From: Deltaproteobacteria bacterium HGW-Deltaproteobacteria-12
GTDB taxonomy: Bacteria; Desulfobacterota; Syntrophia; Syntrophales; Smithellaceae
Length of the DNA: 64,000 nt
Direction of reading: 5' to 3'
NCBI GenBank assembly: GCA_002840565.1
Contig: PHBK01000003.1
Coordinates: forward strand, 47,493-111,492
The notes beneath the pieces are model-generated. The model saw only the letters and a program-made list of their open reading frames with translations. It made no database searches and was not told the DNA's origin. The position numbers were made by a program, and so were the translations under genes. Positions 28,684 to 37,753 of the stretch are shown piece by piece (the first letter of the stretch is position 1; each line of letters starts with the position of its first letter).

Positions 28684-29535
28684 ATGAGTTCGAAATTGCG
28701 TAAATCTTTACAAACAATTGAGGATTACAAAACAGAACATCCTCATTACAATGAAATCCTCGATATTTTGGGGGAAATTTTAATTGTGCGGGAGGAATAC
28801 CGCAACAGCATGAAAGATTCCATCTTTTCGGTCGATGAAAATATCATTGCGCAGAAAATGGCCGGAGGGCTTCCGTTGATTGATATGACGAGGGGGAATT
28901 TTGACTTAACACGCCCGCGGGAATATTTTAATTCTCTGATTGCTATCGCGGAGAGAAAGATGCCCGAGGATGCAACAAGCATTGTGGATATAATCAGGAA
29001 TCAGCAATTTGACTGGGAAAAAATGATCATAGCATCGTTTGACCATGTCGAAGAAGAGCCTGTCTCTGAGGGCAGACAAAAACATGATGATGCCGAGGAT
29101 AGTCTTGATCTGATCGATCTGTTTGTTGAGGAGAGCTTAAGGCCGGAGTTGGAATACGTGGCCGAAAAATATTCTCCGAGCGTTGCCAAATTCGGGTGGG
29201 CGGAGGGTTACTGTCCCATCTGCGGCAAGGAGCCGAAAATCGGGGAGATTCGGGGAGAGGAAGACGGGAAGCGCTATCTGTTCTGCCATCAATGCGGTTA
29301 TAAATGGAATTTCCGGCGGATTAAATGCCCTTTCTGCGGCAATGAAGAACAGCATTCTCTGGCGTATTTTGCCGTGGAAGGAGAAGAGCGCTATCATGTT
29401 GACGTCTGCAACAAGTGCCGCCGCTACATTAAAACCGTTGAGCTTTCCAAGGCCGCCGGAGAAATAAATCTTGATGTTGAAGACATCGCCACCCTGCACC
29501 TGGATATGCTCGCATACGAAGAAGGCTACAATTAG
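28684..29535 (+). CDS. fdhE: Formate dehydrogenase accessory protein FdhE
   Basis: Four CxxC pairs in the typical layout: 'CPICG', 'CHQCG', 'CPFCG', 'CNKCRRYIK'. The ATG at 28684 has an AAGGAG RBS. Confidence 0.8.
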   Translation: MSSKLRKSLQTIEDYKTEHPHYNEILDILGEILIVREEYRNSMKDSIFSVDENIIAQKMAGGLPLIDMTRGNFDLTRPREYFNSLIAIAERKMPEDATSIVDIIRNQQFDWEKMIIASFDHVEEEPVSEGRQKHDDAEDSLDLIDLFVEESLRPELEYVAEKYSPSVAKFGWAEGYCPICGKEPKIGEIRGEEDGKRYLFCHQCGYKWNFRRIKCPFCGNEEQHSLAYFAVEGEERYHVDVCNKCRRYIKTVELSKAAGEINLDVEDIATLHLDMLAYEEGYN

Positions 29536-29536
29536 C

Positions 29537-29660
29537 GAATTCGCAAAAAGATCCCATATGCTGCGTTACACTGCATTCCTCGTCATTGCGGCGTACGCTA
29601 AAAGTACGCCTCACTCCTCGGAATTTGTGTGCCTTGCCTCTGGAGCCTTTTAGCGAGTTC
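29537..29660. repeat. MITE/REP-like element with 14-bp imperfect terminal inverted repeats (GAATTCGCAAAAAG / CTTTTAGCGAGTTC)
   Basis: TIRs match at 12 of 14 positions. There is an internal perfect 7-bp hairpin, GGCGTAC-N7-GTACGCC. It shares the CGCAAAAAG and TCGTCATT(G/C)CGG motifs with the element at 60450-60614. Confidence 0.6.
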
Positions 29661-29698
29661 GTCTTTATTAATTCATTAAAATTATTGCATTTTATATT

Positions 29699-30355
29699 AT
29701 GCAGGATTCGCAGATCAATAATGTAATTAAAATTCTGCGGCGGGAGCTGGCAGTGGGAACAATGCCGATTGTCTCTCATCTGGCAGCGGATCAACAAAAT
29801 CCGTTTGTCATTTTAATTTCCACCCTTTTAAGTTTGCGCACCAAAGATGAAGTCACCGCAGTTGCTGCGGAAAGACTCCTGGAAATTGCTGCCACCCCGG
29901 AAGAAATGGTGGGCATTCCTTTAGCCAGGATAGAGAAAGCAATTTATCCGGTAGGGTTTTATCATGTTAAAGCAAGGACAATTCATTCTGTCTGCCGGGA
30001 GTTAATCGGCAGATTTGACTCACAAGTTCCCGCTAATCTTGATGATTTGCTCAGCATTAAAGGGGTAGGCCGAAAAACGGCGAATCTGGTTGTTGCTCTG
30101 GCCTACGGTATGGATGCCATTTGTGTGGATATACATGTGCATCGAATATCCAACCGTCTGGGTTATGTTAAAACAGACACTCCGGAAAAAACAGAATTTG
30201 CCCTGCGCGACAAATTGCCCCGACGGTACTGGATCATCTATAATACTCTTCTGGTCGCCTTCGGCCGCAGGACGTGTAAACCAGTCTCTCCGCTTTGCAG
30301 CCAATGCCCCGTTTATAAATACTGCGGCAGAGTAGGTATCGCTAAAAGCCGTTAA
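29699..30355 (+). CDS. nth: Endonuclease III (DNA glycosylase/AP lyase)
   Basis: 'LISTLLSLRTKDE', HhH-GPD 'IKGVGRKTANLV', catalytic 'VDIHVHR', C-terminal 4Fe-4S 'C....C..C......C'. Confidence 0.9.
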   Translation: MQDSQINNVIKILRRELAVGTMPIVSHLAADQQNPFVILISTLLSLRTKDEVTAVAAERLLEIAATPEEMVGIPLARIEKAIYPVGFYHVKARTIHSVCRELIGRFDSQVPANLDDLLSIKGVGRKTANLVVALAYGMDAICVDIHVHRISNRLGYVKTDTPEKTEFALRDKLPRRYWIIYNTLLVAFGRRTCKPVSPLCSQCPVYKYCGRVGIAKSR

Positions 30356-30362
30356 AAAAACA

Positions 30363-30391
30363 TTGACGCGGAAGATAGGTTTGGCTATTAT
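30363..30391 (+). promoter_or_regulatory. Sigma70-like promoter candidate for gap-tpiA-secG (TTGACG-17 nt-TATTAT)
   Basis: -35 at 30363-30368, -10 at 30386-30391, 58 nt upstream of the gap ATG. Confidence 0.5.
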
Positions 30392-30449
30392 GCCGCGGCT
30401 TTTAGAATAAGCGGGCTCTTTAGTCTATCAATTCACCGGAGGTTATAAA

Positions 30450-31454
30450 ATGGCCACAAAAATTGCAATTAACGGTTTTGGACGCGTAGGCCGCTATCTG
30501 GTTCGTGCCTGCCTCGATTACCAGGATATTGAAATCGTAGCTATTAATTCGCGTGCCAAGGCTGACGATCTGGCTCATTTGCTTAAATATGATTCTGTAC
30601 ATGGTAAAATTAAAGCCGATGTCAGTGCCGACAAGGATAATATAATCGTCAACGGCAAAAAAATAGCCATAACCCAGATCCCTAATCTGGCTGATTTGCC
30701 CTGGAGGGCATTGGGGGTCGAAATTGTCATTGAATCCACGGGGAAATTTCGCAAAGGTACGGAATTGAACGCCCATATTGCGGCAGGCGCCAAAAAAGTT
30801 ATTCTGGCTGTTCCCGGAAAAGGTGTTGATGGCACCTTTGTTTTGGGTGTCAACGAAGAGACTTATGACCCCGCCAAGCATCATATAATTTCCAACGCTT
30901 CCTGTACGACTAACTGCCTCGGGCCGGTGGTCAAAGTGCTGCAGGATAAATTCGGCATAGTAAAAGGTGTGATGACGACGATTCATTCCTATACGATGGA
31001 TCAGCGGTTATTGGACGGTTCCCACAAAGATTTACGGCGCGGCCGGGCGGCGGGCATGAATATAGTCCCCACTTCCACCGGAGCGGCAAGCGCTATAGGC
31101 GACGTAATTCCCGCTCTCAAAGGTAAATTGGACGGCATCGCCTTGCGTGTGCCGACTCCCAATGTTTCCCTTGTTGATCTCGCTGTCGAAATTTCGCGGC
31201 CGGTAACGGTTGCCGAAATCAACAGTGCCTTTAAAGAGGCTGCGGAAAACAAACTGAAAGGCATTTTAGCTTATAGCGAAGAGGAACTCGTTTCCATTGA
31301 TTTCACCAGCAGCTCATATTCTTCAATCGTAGATGCGCTGCTCACCCAGGTAGTCGGTGAAAAACTGGTGAAAGTATTTTCCTGGTATGACAACGAAAGC
31401 GGCTATGCCTGCAGATTACGGGATTTGGCAATTTATATCGCCGGCAAAGGATAA
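30450..31454 (+). CDS. gap: Type I glyceraldehyde-3-phosphate dehydrogenase
   Basis: 'KIAINGFGRVGR', active site 'SNASCTTNCL', 'WYDNE'. Confidence 0.95.
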   Translation: MATKIAINGFGRVGRYLVRACLDYQDIEIVAINSRAKADDLAHLLKYDSVHGKIKADVSADKDNIIVNGKKIAITQIPNLADLPWRALGVEIVIESTGKFRKGTELNAHIAAGAKKVILAVPGKGVDGTFVLGVNEETYDPAKHHIISNASCTTNCLGPVVKVLQDKFGIVKGVMTTIHSYTMDQRLLDGSHKDLRRGRAAGMNIVPTSTGAASAIGDVIPALKGKLDGIALRVPTPNVSLVDLAVEISRPVTVAEINSAFKEAAENKLKGILAYSEEELVSIDFTSSSYSSIVDALLTQVVGEKLVKVFSWYDNESGYACRLRDLAIYIAGKG

Positions 31455-31456
31455 AA

Positions 31457-32212
31457 ATGGCCAAGACATTTATTGTCGCCAACTGGAAAATGAATAAAAC
31501 AACCGGACAGGCTCTGGAGTATGCCCGCGGGCTAAAAGCAGCGCTTTTGCAAAACCCCGTTTCCGCGGTTGTTGTGATTGCTCCGCCGTTTACCGGCATG
31601 AGGGCGCTGGCCGAAGAATTAAAGGACTCCGCCGTATGCCTGGCGGCGCAAAATATGCATCCGGCTGCCCGGGGCGCTTTTACCGGAGAGATTTCCGGTG
31701 AAATGGTGGTTGATGCGGGCTGCCGCTACTGTATAATCGGCCATTCGGAGCGGCGGCAGCTTTTTGGTGAAGACAACCATTTAATTAATGCCAAAATAAC
31801 TGCGGCCTTGAATTATGGAGTGATGCCAATTTTTTGCATTGGTGAAACGCTGGCGTCAAGAAATGCCGGGGAAACATTCAGCGTCCTGAGCAAACAATTA
31901 AAAGAAGGATTGAATAAAATTCCGGCCAATGATATAGGAAAAATCGCCATAGCTTACGAACCGGTTTGGGCCATTGGCACAGGCCTTACGGCAACACCGG
32001 GGCAGGTTCACGAGGCACACTCATTTATCCGCAATTTATTGAGTGAAATCTACGGGGAAAAAGCAACCGCGGACTTATCAATAATTTATGGCGGCAGCGT
32101 AACTGCTGCCAATATCAGTTCGTTAATGGCCGAAAAGGAAATAAACGGTGTTTTAGTGGGTTCGGCCAGTCTGGATTTGGCCTCGTTTTTAGCAATAGTT
32201 AATTTTAAATAA
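31457..32212 (+). CDS. tpiA: Triose-phosphate isomerase
   Basis: 'ANWKMN', 'IIGHSERR', 'AYEPVWAIGTG', 'YGGSV'. Confidence 0.95.
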   Translation: MAKTFIVANWKMNKTTGQALEYARGLKAALLQNPVSAVVVIAPPFTGMRALAEELKDSAVCLAAQNMHPAARGAFTGEISGEMVVDAGCRYCIIGHSERRQLFGEDNHLINAKITAALNYGVMPIFCIGETLASRNAGETFSVLSKQLKEGLNKIPANDIGKIAIAYEPVWAIGTGLTATPGQVHEAHSFIRNLLSEIYGEKATADLSIIYGGSVTAANISSLMAEKEINGVLVGSASLDLASFLAIVNFK

Positions 32213-32225
32213 AAAAGGATTTTAT

Positions 32226-32570
32226 ATGTACACTTTGTTTACAATTATCCATGTGTTAGCCTGTATCATCATGATTTTGGTAGTTCTGTTGCAGGCAGGA
32301 AAAGGCGCAAATATGGGTGCTGCCTTCGGCGGGTCCAGCCAGACAGTTTTTGGCTCCAGCGGAGCCGGTACTTTTTTGGGTAAAATGACGGCGACGGTAG
32401 CAATAGTTTTTATGATTACTTCTCTTGCCCTTACCTATTCGGTATCGCGCAAAGGGTCATCACTCTTTGAACGCTCCGCCGCGCCGATTACTAAGCAGGC
32501 GGTGCCGGCAGCACCGGCTCAGAATGCAGCAATTCCGGCGCCGGCTCCTCCGGCACCGGTAAATAAATAG
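32226..32570 (+). CDS. secG: Preprotein translocase subunit SecG
   Basis: 114 aa. Two TM helices, 'LLQAGKGANMGAAFGG' signature, Ala/Pro-rich tail. Confidence 0.85.
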   Translation: MYTLFTIIHVLACIIMILVVLLQAGKGANMGAAFGGSSQTVFGSSGAGTFLGKMTATVAIVFMITSLALTYSVSRKGSSLFERSAAPITKQAVPAAPAQNAAIPAPAPPAPVNK

Positions 32571-32669
32571 TATTATATTTAGATCTTTACACCCCCCCCG
32601 CGTGGAAAGAGCAGATGCCGGGGTAAATGTTGCGACAAGTTCCTGTATAAAGTTATTTCTTTATGGTCA

Positions 32670-32755
32670 GCCGAAGTGGTGGAATTGGTAGACACGCTAT
32701 CTTGAGGGGGTAGTGGGCCACGCCCGTCCGGGTTCAAGTCCCGGCTTCGGCACCA
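32670..32755 (+). tRNA. tRNA-Leu (anticodon GAG), encoded CCA end
   Basis: Acceptor stem GCCGAAG/CTTCGGC. Anticodon stem CTATC/GGTAG with loop TTGAGGG. Long variable arm. T-arm CCGGG-TTCAAGT-CCCGG. Discriminator A followed by CCA. Confidence 0.9.
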
Positions 32756-32812
32756 TTTATCAAGACAATCCTTTAAATAGTTGTAAGGAATATTCAGGGG
32801 ACTGATTAAATC

Positions 32813-33688
32813 GTGAAACCTTTAAAGAAAACTATCCCATCGTCACCGGCAGTTCAGCTGACAGTTTCCAATCATGAAGATTTAAAAAATCTACTGAAGA
32901 AAGCAAAACCCGCTGTCGCCAATCGTTCGTCGAAGAAGGATCAACCGGAAATTTTCTTTATCCTGACTGCCGACCTTTCCCCGGAAGAACTGGCCAGACT
33001 GCTGCAAACAAAAAAGGGTGTGACGGTTAACCTGAAGGATGATCTTCTCAAGCGCCTGTTGAAACTGGAAAAGGATTATCATTATTTAAGGGCATTGAGC
33101 CTGACAGATGAATTAACCGGTCTTTATAACAAGCGGTTTTTTAATAAACAGCTGAAAATTGAAATTACCCGCACTAAACGAACCGGCCAGCCTTTTTGCC
33201 TGATGTTTATTGATTTGGATAATTTTAAATCCGTCAATGATACCCTCGGACATGCCAAAGGTGATGAGTTTCTTATAAAACTGTGCCGTCAGATTAGCCA
33301 GAAAATAAGGCCAACTGACTTTGCCTGCCGCTACGGTGGCGATGAGTTCAACATTATCATGCCGGCCACTCATTTAGTTGACGGTATTTCTATAGCCCAA
33401 AGATGGCACGGTTTAATTTCGCAGGTGGCTTGCCAAATGGGATTGTCTGTGTCCTCCTCCATCGGTATTGATGAATTTGATGTTTCCTCCACACTCAAAG
33501 CGGAAGAATTTTTAGACAAGGTCGATAAAGAGTTATATAATGCCAAGAACACCGGCAAAAATAAGGTTTGTTATCCCGGAGGGAGTGTGCCGGCTGAGAA
33601 AGCTGTTCCGCCAGCAGTGAAAAAAGTTCTCTATAAAGGTTCGGCAGCGTTAAAAACAAAAAGAAATCAAATCAGTGCCAAATGGTAA
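32813..33688 (+). CDS. GGDEF-domain diguanylate cyclase
   Basis: 'LTGLYNKRFF', 'FIDLDNFKSVNDTLGH', intact 'RYGGDEF' active site. GTG start as in the ORF track. Confidence 0.85.
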   Translation: MKPLKKTIPSSPAVQLTVSNHEDLKNLLKKAKPAVANRSSKKDQPEIFFILTADLSPEELARLLQTKKGVTVNLKDDLLKRLLKLEKDYHYLRALSLTDELTGLYNKRFFNKQLKIEITRTKRTGQPFCLMFIDLDNFKSVNDTLGHAKGDEFLIKLCRQISQKIRPTDFACRYGGDEFNIIMPATHLVDGISIAQRWHGLISQVACQMGLSVSSSIGIDEFDVSSTLKAEEFLDKVDKELYNAKNTGKNKVCYPGGSVPAEKAVPPAVKKVLYKGSAALKTKRNQISAKW

Positions 33689-33760
33689 AAAATTAACTGC
33701 CCAACCAACCCTTTTGCTGTTTCTGTTGCGGGCGGCACCACTATCTTTTCCATCGCAATT

Positions 33761-34606
33761 TCACTTTCCATTGATGATTTGCTCCAGTTCGTCGCCATAC
33801 AGTTTGACTTTTTCCGGAGACAAAACTTCCCGCCATTTATTTCCGCTCTGGACAAGATCAGCTAATGAATTATCCGGCAAAAACATAAAGATGGCGCGGT
33901 TTTCGTCTTTTGCCCGCTGGAAACGCCAGATGTAAAGCTTTTTGAGGATATCTTTTTGTTCCGAATTGAGAAAAGCATAGCTCGCAATTTTGGTATGCCC
34001 TTTCTTATCAATGGTCTTTTCCTGCCAATTGCAAGCGGCGATTTTGGCGAAGGCTTCCCCGGCAGTATCTTCCAGAGATTTCTTGCGCAATTGGGCTAAC
34101 TGCTCCTCGTAGAGCGCCGGTAAATAAGCGACATCCTGGACTCCATATTCCAGTTGTTCATCGGCGAGCGGCCGGGTGTCCCAGCGGGACCGCTGCATTT
34201 TTTTACTTTTCTTCAGCTCCAGACCTAAAAACTGATGGATCATTTTTTCCAAAGACAACTGCTGAAAGCCCAGCAGATATGCCGCCCGATGAGTATCGAA
34301 AATATTTTCAAAAACAAAGTTATAATCTCTTTTCAAAAGACGGATATCGTTATCGGCGGCATGAAGAATTTTTACAATTTTCCTGTCTGCAAAATATTTG
34401 CCTAAAAAGGACAAGTCAATTTTGTCCAGCGGATCAAAGATATAAGCTGCCGCTTGGGCTCTGATTTGAATGAGGCAGAGTTTTTCCCGGAAATAGCGGA
34501 AAGAATCGTATTCCGTATCGACACTCAAGACAGTTGAATTATCGAAATCATCAATGGCGCGCTGCAATTTTTTGGTGTTGTCTACCAGAAACCAGGTTTT
34601 ATTCAT
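33761..34606 (-). CDS. 3'-5' exonuclease, RNase D-like (DEDDy)
   Basis: 'LSVDTEYDS' ExoI, 'KILHAADNDI' ExoII, 'YGVQDVAYL' ExoIII(Y) motifs. Confidence 0.75.
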   Translation of the reverse strand: MNKTWFLVDNTKKLQRAIDDFDNSTVLSVDTEYDSFRYFREKLCLIQIRAQAAAYIFDPLDKIDLSFLGKYFADRKIVKILHAADNDIRLLKRDYNFVFENIFDTHRAAYLLGFQQLSLEKMIHQFLGLELKKSKKMQRSRWDTRPLADEQLEYGVQDVAYLPALYEEQLAQLRKKSLEDTAGEAFAKIAACNWQEKTIDKKGHTKIASYAFLNSEQKDILKKLYIWRFQRAKDENRAIFMFLPDNSLADLVQSGNKWREVLSPEKVKLYGDELEQIINGK

Positions 34607-34719
34607 GAATCGCTATTTAGCCGAAACGGAGATTTAAAGCTATCAAAATGATGCAGCACATAACAAGATTTCTGGTCCCAACCCAACTGCAAACTGATGA
34701 TAATTTCTGCCGGCCCTGC

Positions 34720-36789
34720 TTAGAATTCGAAAGAAATTCCGCCTTTAAATAATCTTCCCGGCATCGGATAATAAAAATTAACCATACCATATTGCGCGTA
34801 ATCAATACCGAAGGAGGAATATTTAACGTCGGCGATATTATCGGCGCCGATAAAAGCTGTGAGCGCCGCTTTAGCCCAGGTTGGCTTGTAATAAAGATAG
34901 CAGTTCAGCAACGTATAGGATTGCAGTTTTTCCGTGTTGTTGTCGTTGTCTCCGGAGAGAAAGGCATCGGCTACATAGCGGATTTCCGGTTTTAAGGTCA
35001 GGTTGAAGGGCAGATAAATTTCCAGTCCCGCGTTAACCATCTGCCGGGGAACCAGGGGCATATCTTTTTTGTTATCAGCGCCGTCTTCAAAAGTGGCCAG
35101 ATGATAAGTGTAGTTTCCGTAAATCTTGAGGTATTGCGGCCATAAAAAAGAAAAGGAAGCTTCCGCGCCGTTGTGGCGCGTCTTGCCTGTATTGCGGTTC
35201 CGGCCGGTAAACGTCAGCGGATTGTAAATATATTCGACTTCATCTTCCATGTCCGTGCGGAAGAAGGTCAATCCAATTTTCAGATCATTGATTGGGTAAA
35301 ATTCCGTGCCGAATTCCCAGCTGGTTCCCTTTTCCTTTTCCAGGTCGGTTAAAAATACTCCTCCGAATCCGCTGAAAGAGGCCACCTCATCAATAAAAGG
35401 AATGCGGTAAACAGTTGCATATTTGGTAAACACTTTTGATTTCTGTCCCCAGAGCCAGGTCAGACCGGCCTCATAAGCATTTGCGGAATAACTTTTCTCA
35501 TTGGAAAAGTTATTGGCCGGTGCGGCCGAATCAATATTGGACCCTTTAATATTTGTTTGTTCCAGCCGGAAACCGGCGTTGAAGATAAGATTCTTCGTGA
35601 TCCTGAACTCATCGCGGATGTAAAAGCCGCTGCTTTCTCTGATGAAGTCGGCGGCGCTTAATTTGGCGGTTCGTTCTCTGTTGCTGAAAATATCCTTCTT
35701 GTATGGTTCTCTGTAATAGTCGAGGCCGATGACCACTTTGTTGGGAAAGCCGAATATTTCTTTATCCAGGATATATTTCGGCGTCAGGCCATAGGTGTCG
35801 GCTTGCGTGTCGGAATAATTGTAGGAAAACCAGGAAACCATGTTCATCTGCAGATCTTTTTTCCCGTACAACAGGTTGACTTCCAGCTGTCCCCATGCTC
35901 CCCAGAATGATTTTATTCCCAGGCTGATATTGGTATATTTATCGGAGCCGTCGTCATTGTCATGTGCCTTCATGAAGTACAGCGGTATTGCCGGCTGGTA
36001 CTGCCGGCGATCCTGTTCCATTTGCGCCCTGGTCAGCGCGCCCGGCATTTGATAATCAGATTTGTTGAAGGACCCACCCAGCGAAACATTGAGGAGATCG
36101 TTTGCGGAATAACCGAAATCAAAGCTGCCGCCCTGGGATGAGTATTGGGAACGTTCCCGGTAGCCGGAACCGAAGTTATTTTCGCCGGTGACGGCATAGG
36201 TCCATTTACCCGTTGCCCCGGTCACTCCAAGTCTTTCATTATGCAGGCCATAGCTGCCGGCCAGACCCGAAATGTTGAATTGCGGTTCTCCTTTTCCCTT
36301 TTTGGTGATGATATTGATGGTGCCGCCGATTGCCGCATCGCCGTAAAGAACGCTGCCCGGTCCACGCACAATTTCAATGCGTTCAATGGTGTTGACTGGT
36401 ATTTGCAGCCAGTTGATGGAGGCCATATCCGTGCGGTTCAAGCGTCTTCCATCGAGCATAATCAGCGTTTTTCCGTAGGGGTTGTCGCCGCCGAAGCCGC
36501 GCATGTCAATCAACGCCTGCGACGCGTTGCCGCTGTACGTGCGAAACTGAATGCTTTCGAGCTTGTCCAGCGCTTCGATGACGGTAGTCGCACCTGTTTT
36601 AGTAATGTCTGCGGCGGTAATAACGGTGACATTAGCGGGCGTTTTGCGGATTTCCTGCCGGTCGCGTGTGGCGGTTACAATAACTTCCGGCATCGCCAAG
36701 GCAGTATCGACGGTTTTTTTGTTTTGGGCTTGTGCCGGTGAAAAAACAACAACGGAAAATAACAGAACTAAAACAGATACTTTCTTCAC
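34720..36789 (-). CDS. TonB-dependent outer-membrane receptor (BtuB-like by riboswitch context)
   Basis: Signal peptide, TonB box 'EVIVTAT', plug 'IEIVRGPGSVLYG', terminal 'GGISFEF'. GTG start. A cobalamin riboswitch lies immediately upstream. Confidence 0.85.
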   Translation of the reverse strand: MKKVSVLVLLFSVVVFSPAQAQNKKTVDTALAMPEVIVTATRDRQEIRKTPANVTVITAADITKTGATTVIEALDKLESIQFRTYSGNASQALIDMRGFGGDNPYGKTLIMLDGRRLNRTDMASINWLQIPVNTIERIEIVRGPGSVLYGDAAIGGTINIITKKGKGEPQFNISGLAGSYGLHNERLGVTGATGKWTYAVTGENNFGSGYRERSQYSSQGGSFDFGYSANDLLNVSLGGSFNKSDYQMPGALTRAQMEQDRRQYQPAIPLYFMKAHDNDDGSDKYTNISLGIKSFWGAWGQLEVNLLYGKKDLQMNMVSWFSYNYSDTQADTYGLTPKYILDKEIFGFPNKVVIGLDYYREPYKKDIFSNRERTAKLSAADFIRESSGFYIRDEFRITKNLIFNAGFRLEQTNIKGSNIDSAAPANNFSNEKSYSANAYEAGLTWLWGQKSKVFTKYATVYRIPFIDEVASFSGFGGVFLTDLEKEKGTSWEFGTEFYPINDLKIGLTFFRTDMEDEVEYIYNPLTFTGRNRNTGKTRHNGAEASFSFLWPQYLKIYGNYTYHLATFEDGADNKKDMPLVPRQMVNAGLEIYLPFNLTLKPEIRYVADAFLSGDNDNNTEKLQSYTLLNCYLYYKPTWAKAALTAFIGADNIADVKYSSFGIDYAQYGMVNFYYPMPGRLFKGGISFEF

Positions 36790-36794
36790 GGTTC

Positions 36795-36965
36795 TTCTCC
36801 TTTCCCCCTCGGGATTAAAGTAAGTTGAACCACCTCAAAGTATCCTGGCTTGCGGCATCCTACTTTCCACGCCTTCCCGATGTTGTCCATCAGTGGCTAA
36901 ATGTGGATTTCGTTCCGCTTACAGTTGCGGGGCAGCGCCGGTCTCACACCGGCTTCCTTTTTTGG
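36795..36965 (-). promoter_or_regulatory. Cobalamin (B12) riboswitch
   Basis: The minus strand reads ...GGAAGCCGGTGTGAGACCGGCGCTGCCCCGCAACTGTAAGCGG...GCCACTG...GGGAAGGC...GCAAGCCAGGATAC... These are the conserved core and a B12-box-like element. It ends just before the AAGGAG RBS of the receptor. Confidence 0.8.
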
Positions 36966-36974
36966 CGGTTCTTT

Positions 36975-37751
36975 TCAGGTAAACAGTGTCATCCTGGGCA
37001 ATCCGCTGTGCGGATTCTGATCTACCAGAACATTCACATCATATACCTCTTTTATATTTGCCGCGGTAATGACTTCCGCAGGGCTTCCTATAGCATAATT
37101 TTTTCCGCTGTAAAGTAAAATTATCCGGTCGGCATGCGAGCTTGCTAAATTGATATCATGGGTGACAAAGACAACCGTCAGTTTCTGCTCCTGATTTAAC
37201 TGTCGCAGCATCGCCAGGAACTGCGCCTGATGCTTCAAGTCCAGGAAAACAGTGCTCTCGTCAAGCAGCAGGATTTTTGGTTCCTGGGCCAGGGCACGGG
37301 CAATCAGCACACGCTGGCGCTCCCCGGCGCTGAGCTGATCAAAGCGGCGGGCGGCAAAAGCAAGAGTGTCCGTTTTCTCCATAGCTGCATGGGCTATCCG
37401 GTAATCCTTTTTGTGCTCAAAAGAATAATTACCCAAATGCGGAAATCGTCCCATCAGGACAATTTCTTCAGCATAAAAAGGAAAAATCGAAAGATTTTCC
37501 TGGGGAACGACGGCAATTGCTTTCGCCAGTTCCCGGCGCAGCCATTGGCTGGTATCTTTATTTTCAATCAGGATTCTGCCGCTGTTCGGAAGTAGAAGAC
37601 CGTTGATTATTTTCAGCAGTGTGGTTTTGCCGGAACCGTTCGGCCCGATTATCGCCACAACCTGCCCCTCCTCAATGGCAAAAGACAAATTATCCAGAAC
37701 AAGTTTATCGGCATAGCTGAAGTTGATATTCCGGCCGCAAATTAAGGGCAT
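36975..37751 (-). CDS. ABC transporter ATP-binding protein, FecE/BtuD/FepC type
   Basis: 'GPNGSGKTT', 'LSAGERQRVLIARAL', 'LLLDESTVFLD'. The ATG at 37751 lies 2 nt after the permease stop. Confidence 0.85.
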   Translation of the reverse strand: MPLICGRNINFSYADKLVLDNLSFAIEEGQVVAIIGPNGSGKTTLLKIINGLLLPNSGRILIENKDTSQWLRRELAKAIAVVPQENLSIFPFYAEEIVLMGRFPHLGNYSFEHKKDYRIAHAAMEKTDTLAFAARRFDQLSAGERQRVLIARALAQEPKILLLDESTVFLDLKHQAQFLAMLRQLNQEQKLTVVFVTHDINLASSHADRIILLYSGKNYAIGSPAEVITAANIKEVYDVNVLVDQNPHSGLPRMTLFT

Positions 37752-37753
37752 AA

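Noticed and set aside
30420-30986. 188-aa minus-strand ORF opposite gap. The same applies to 36145-36741 opposite the TonB receptor and 45621-46121 opposite resB.
   Set aside because: These are shadow ORFs opposite confidently identified genes.
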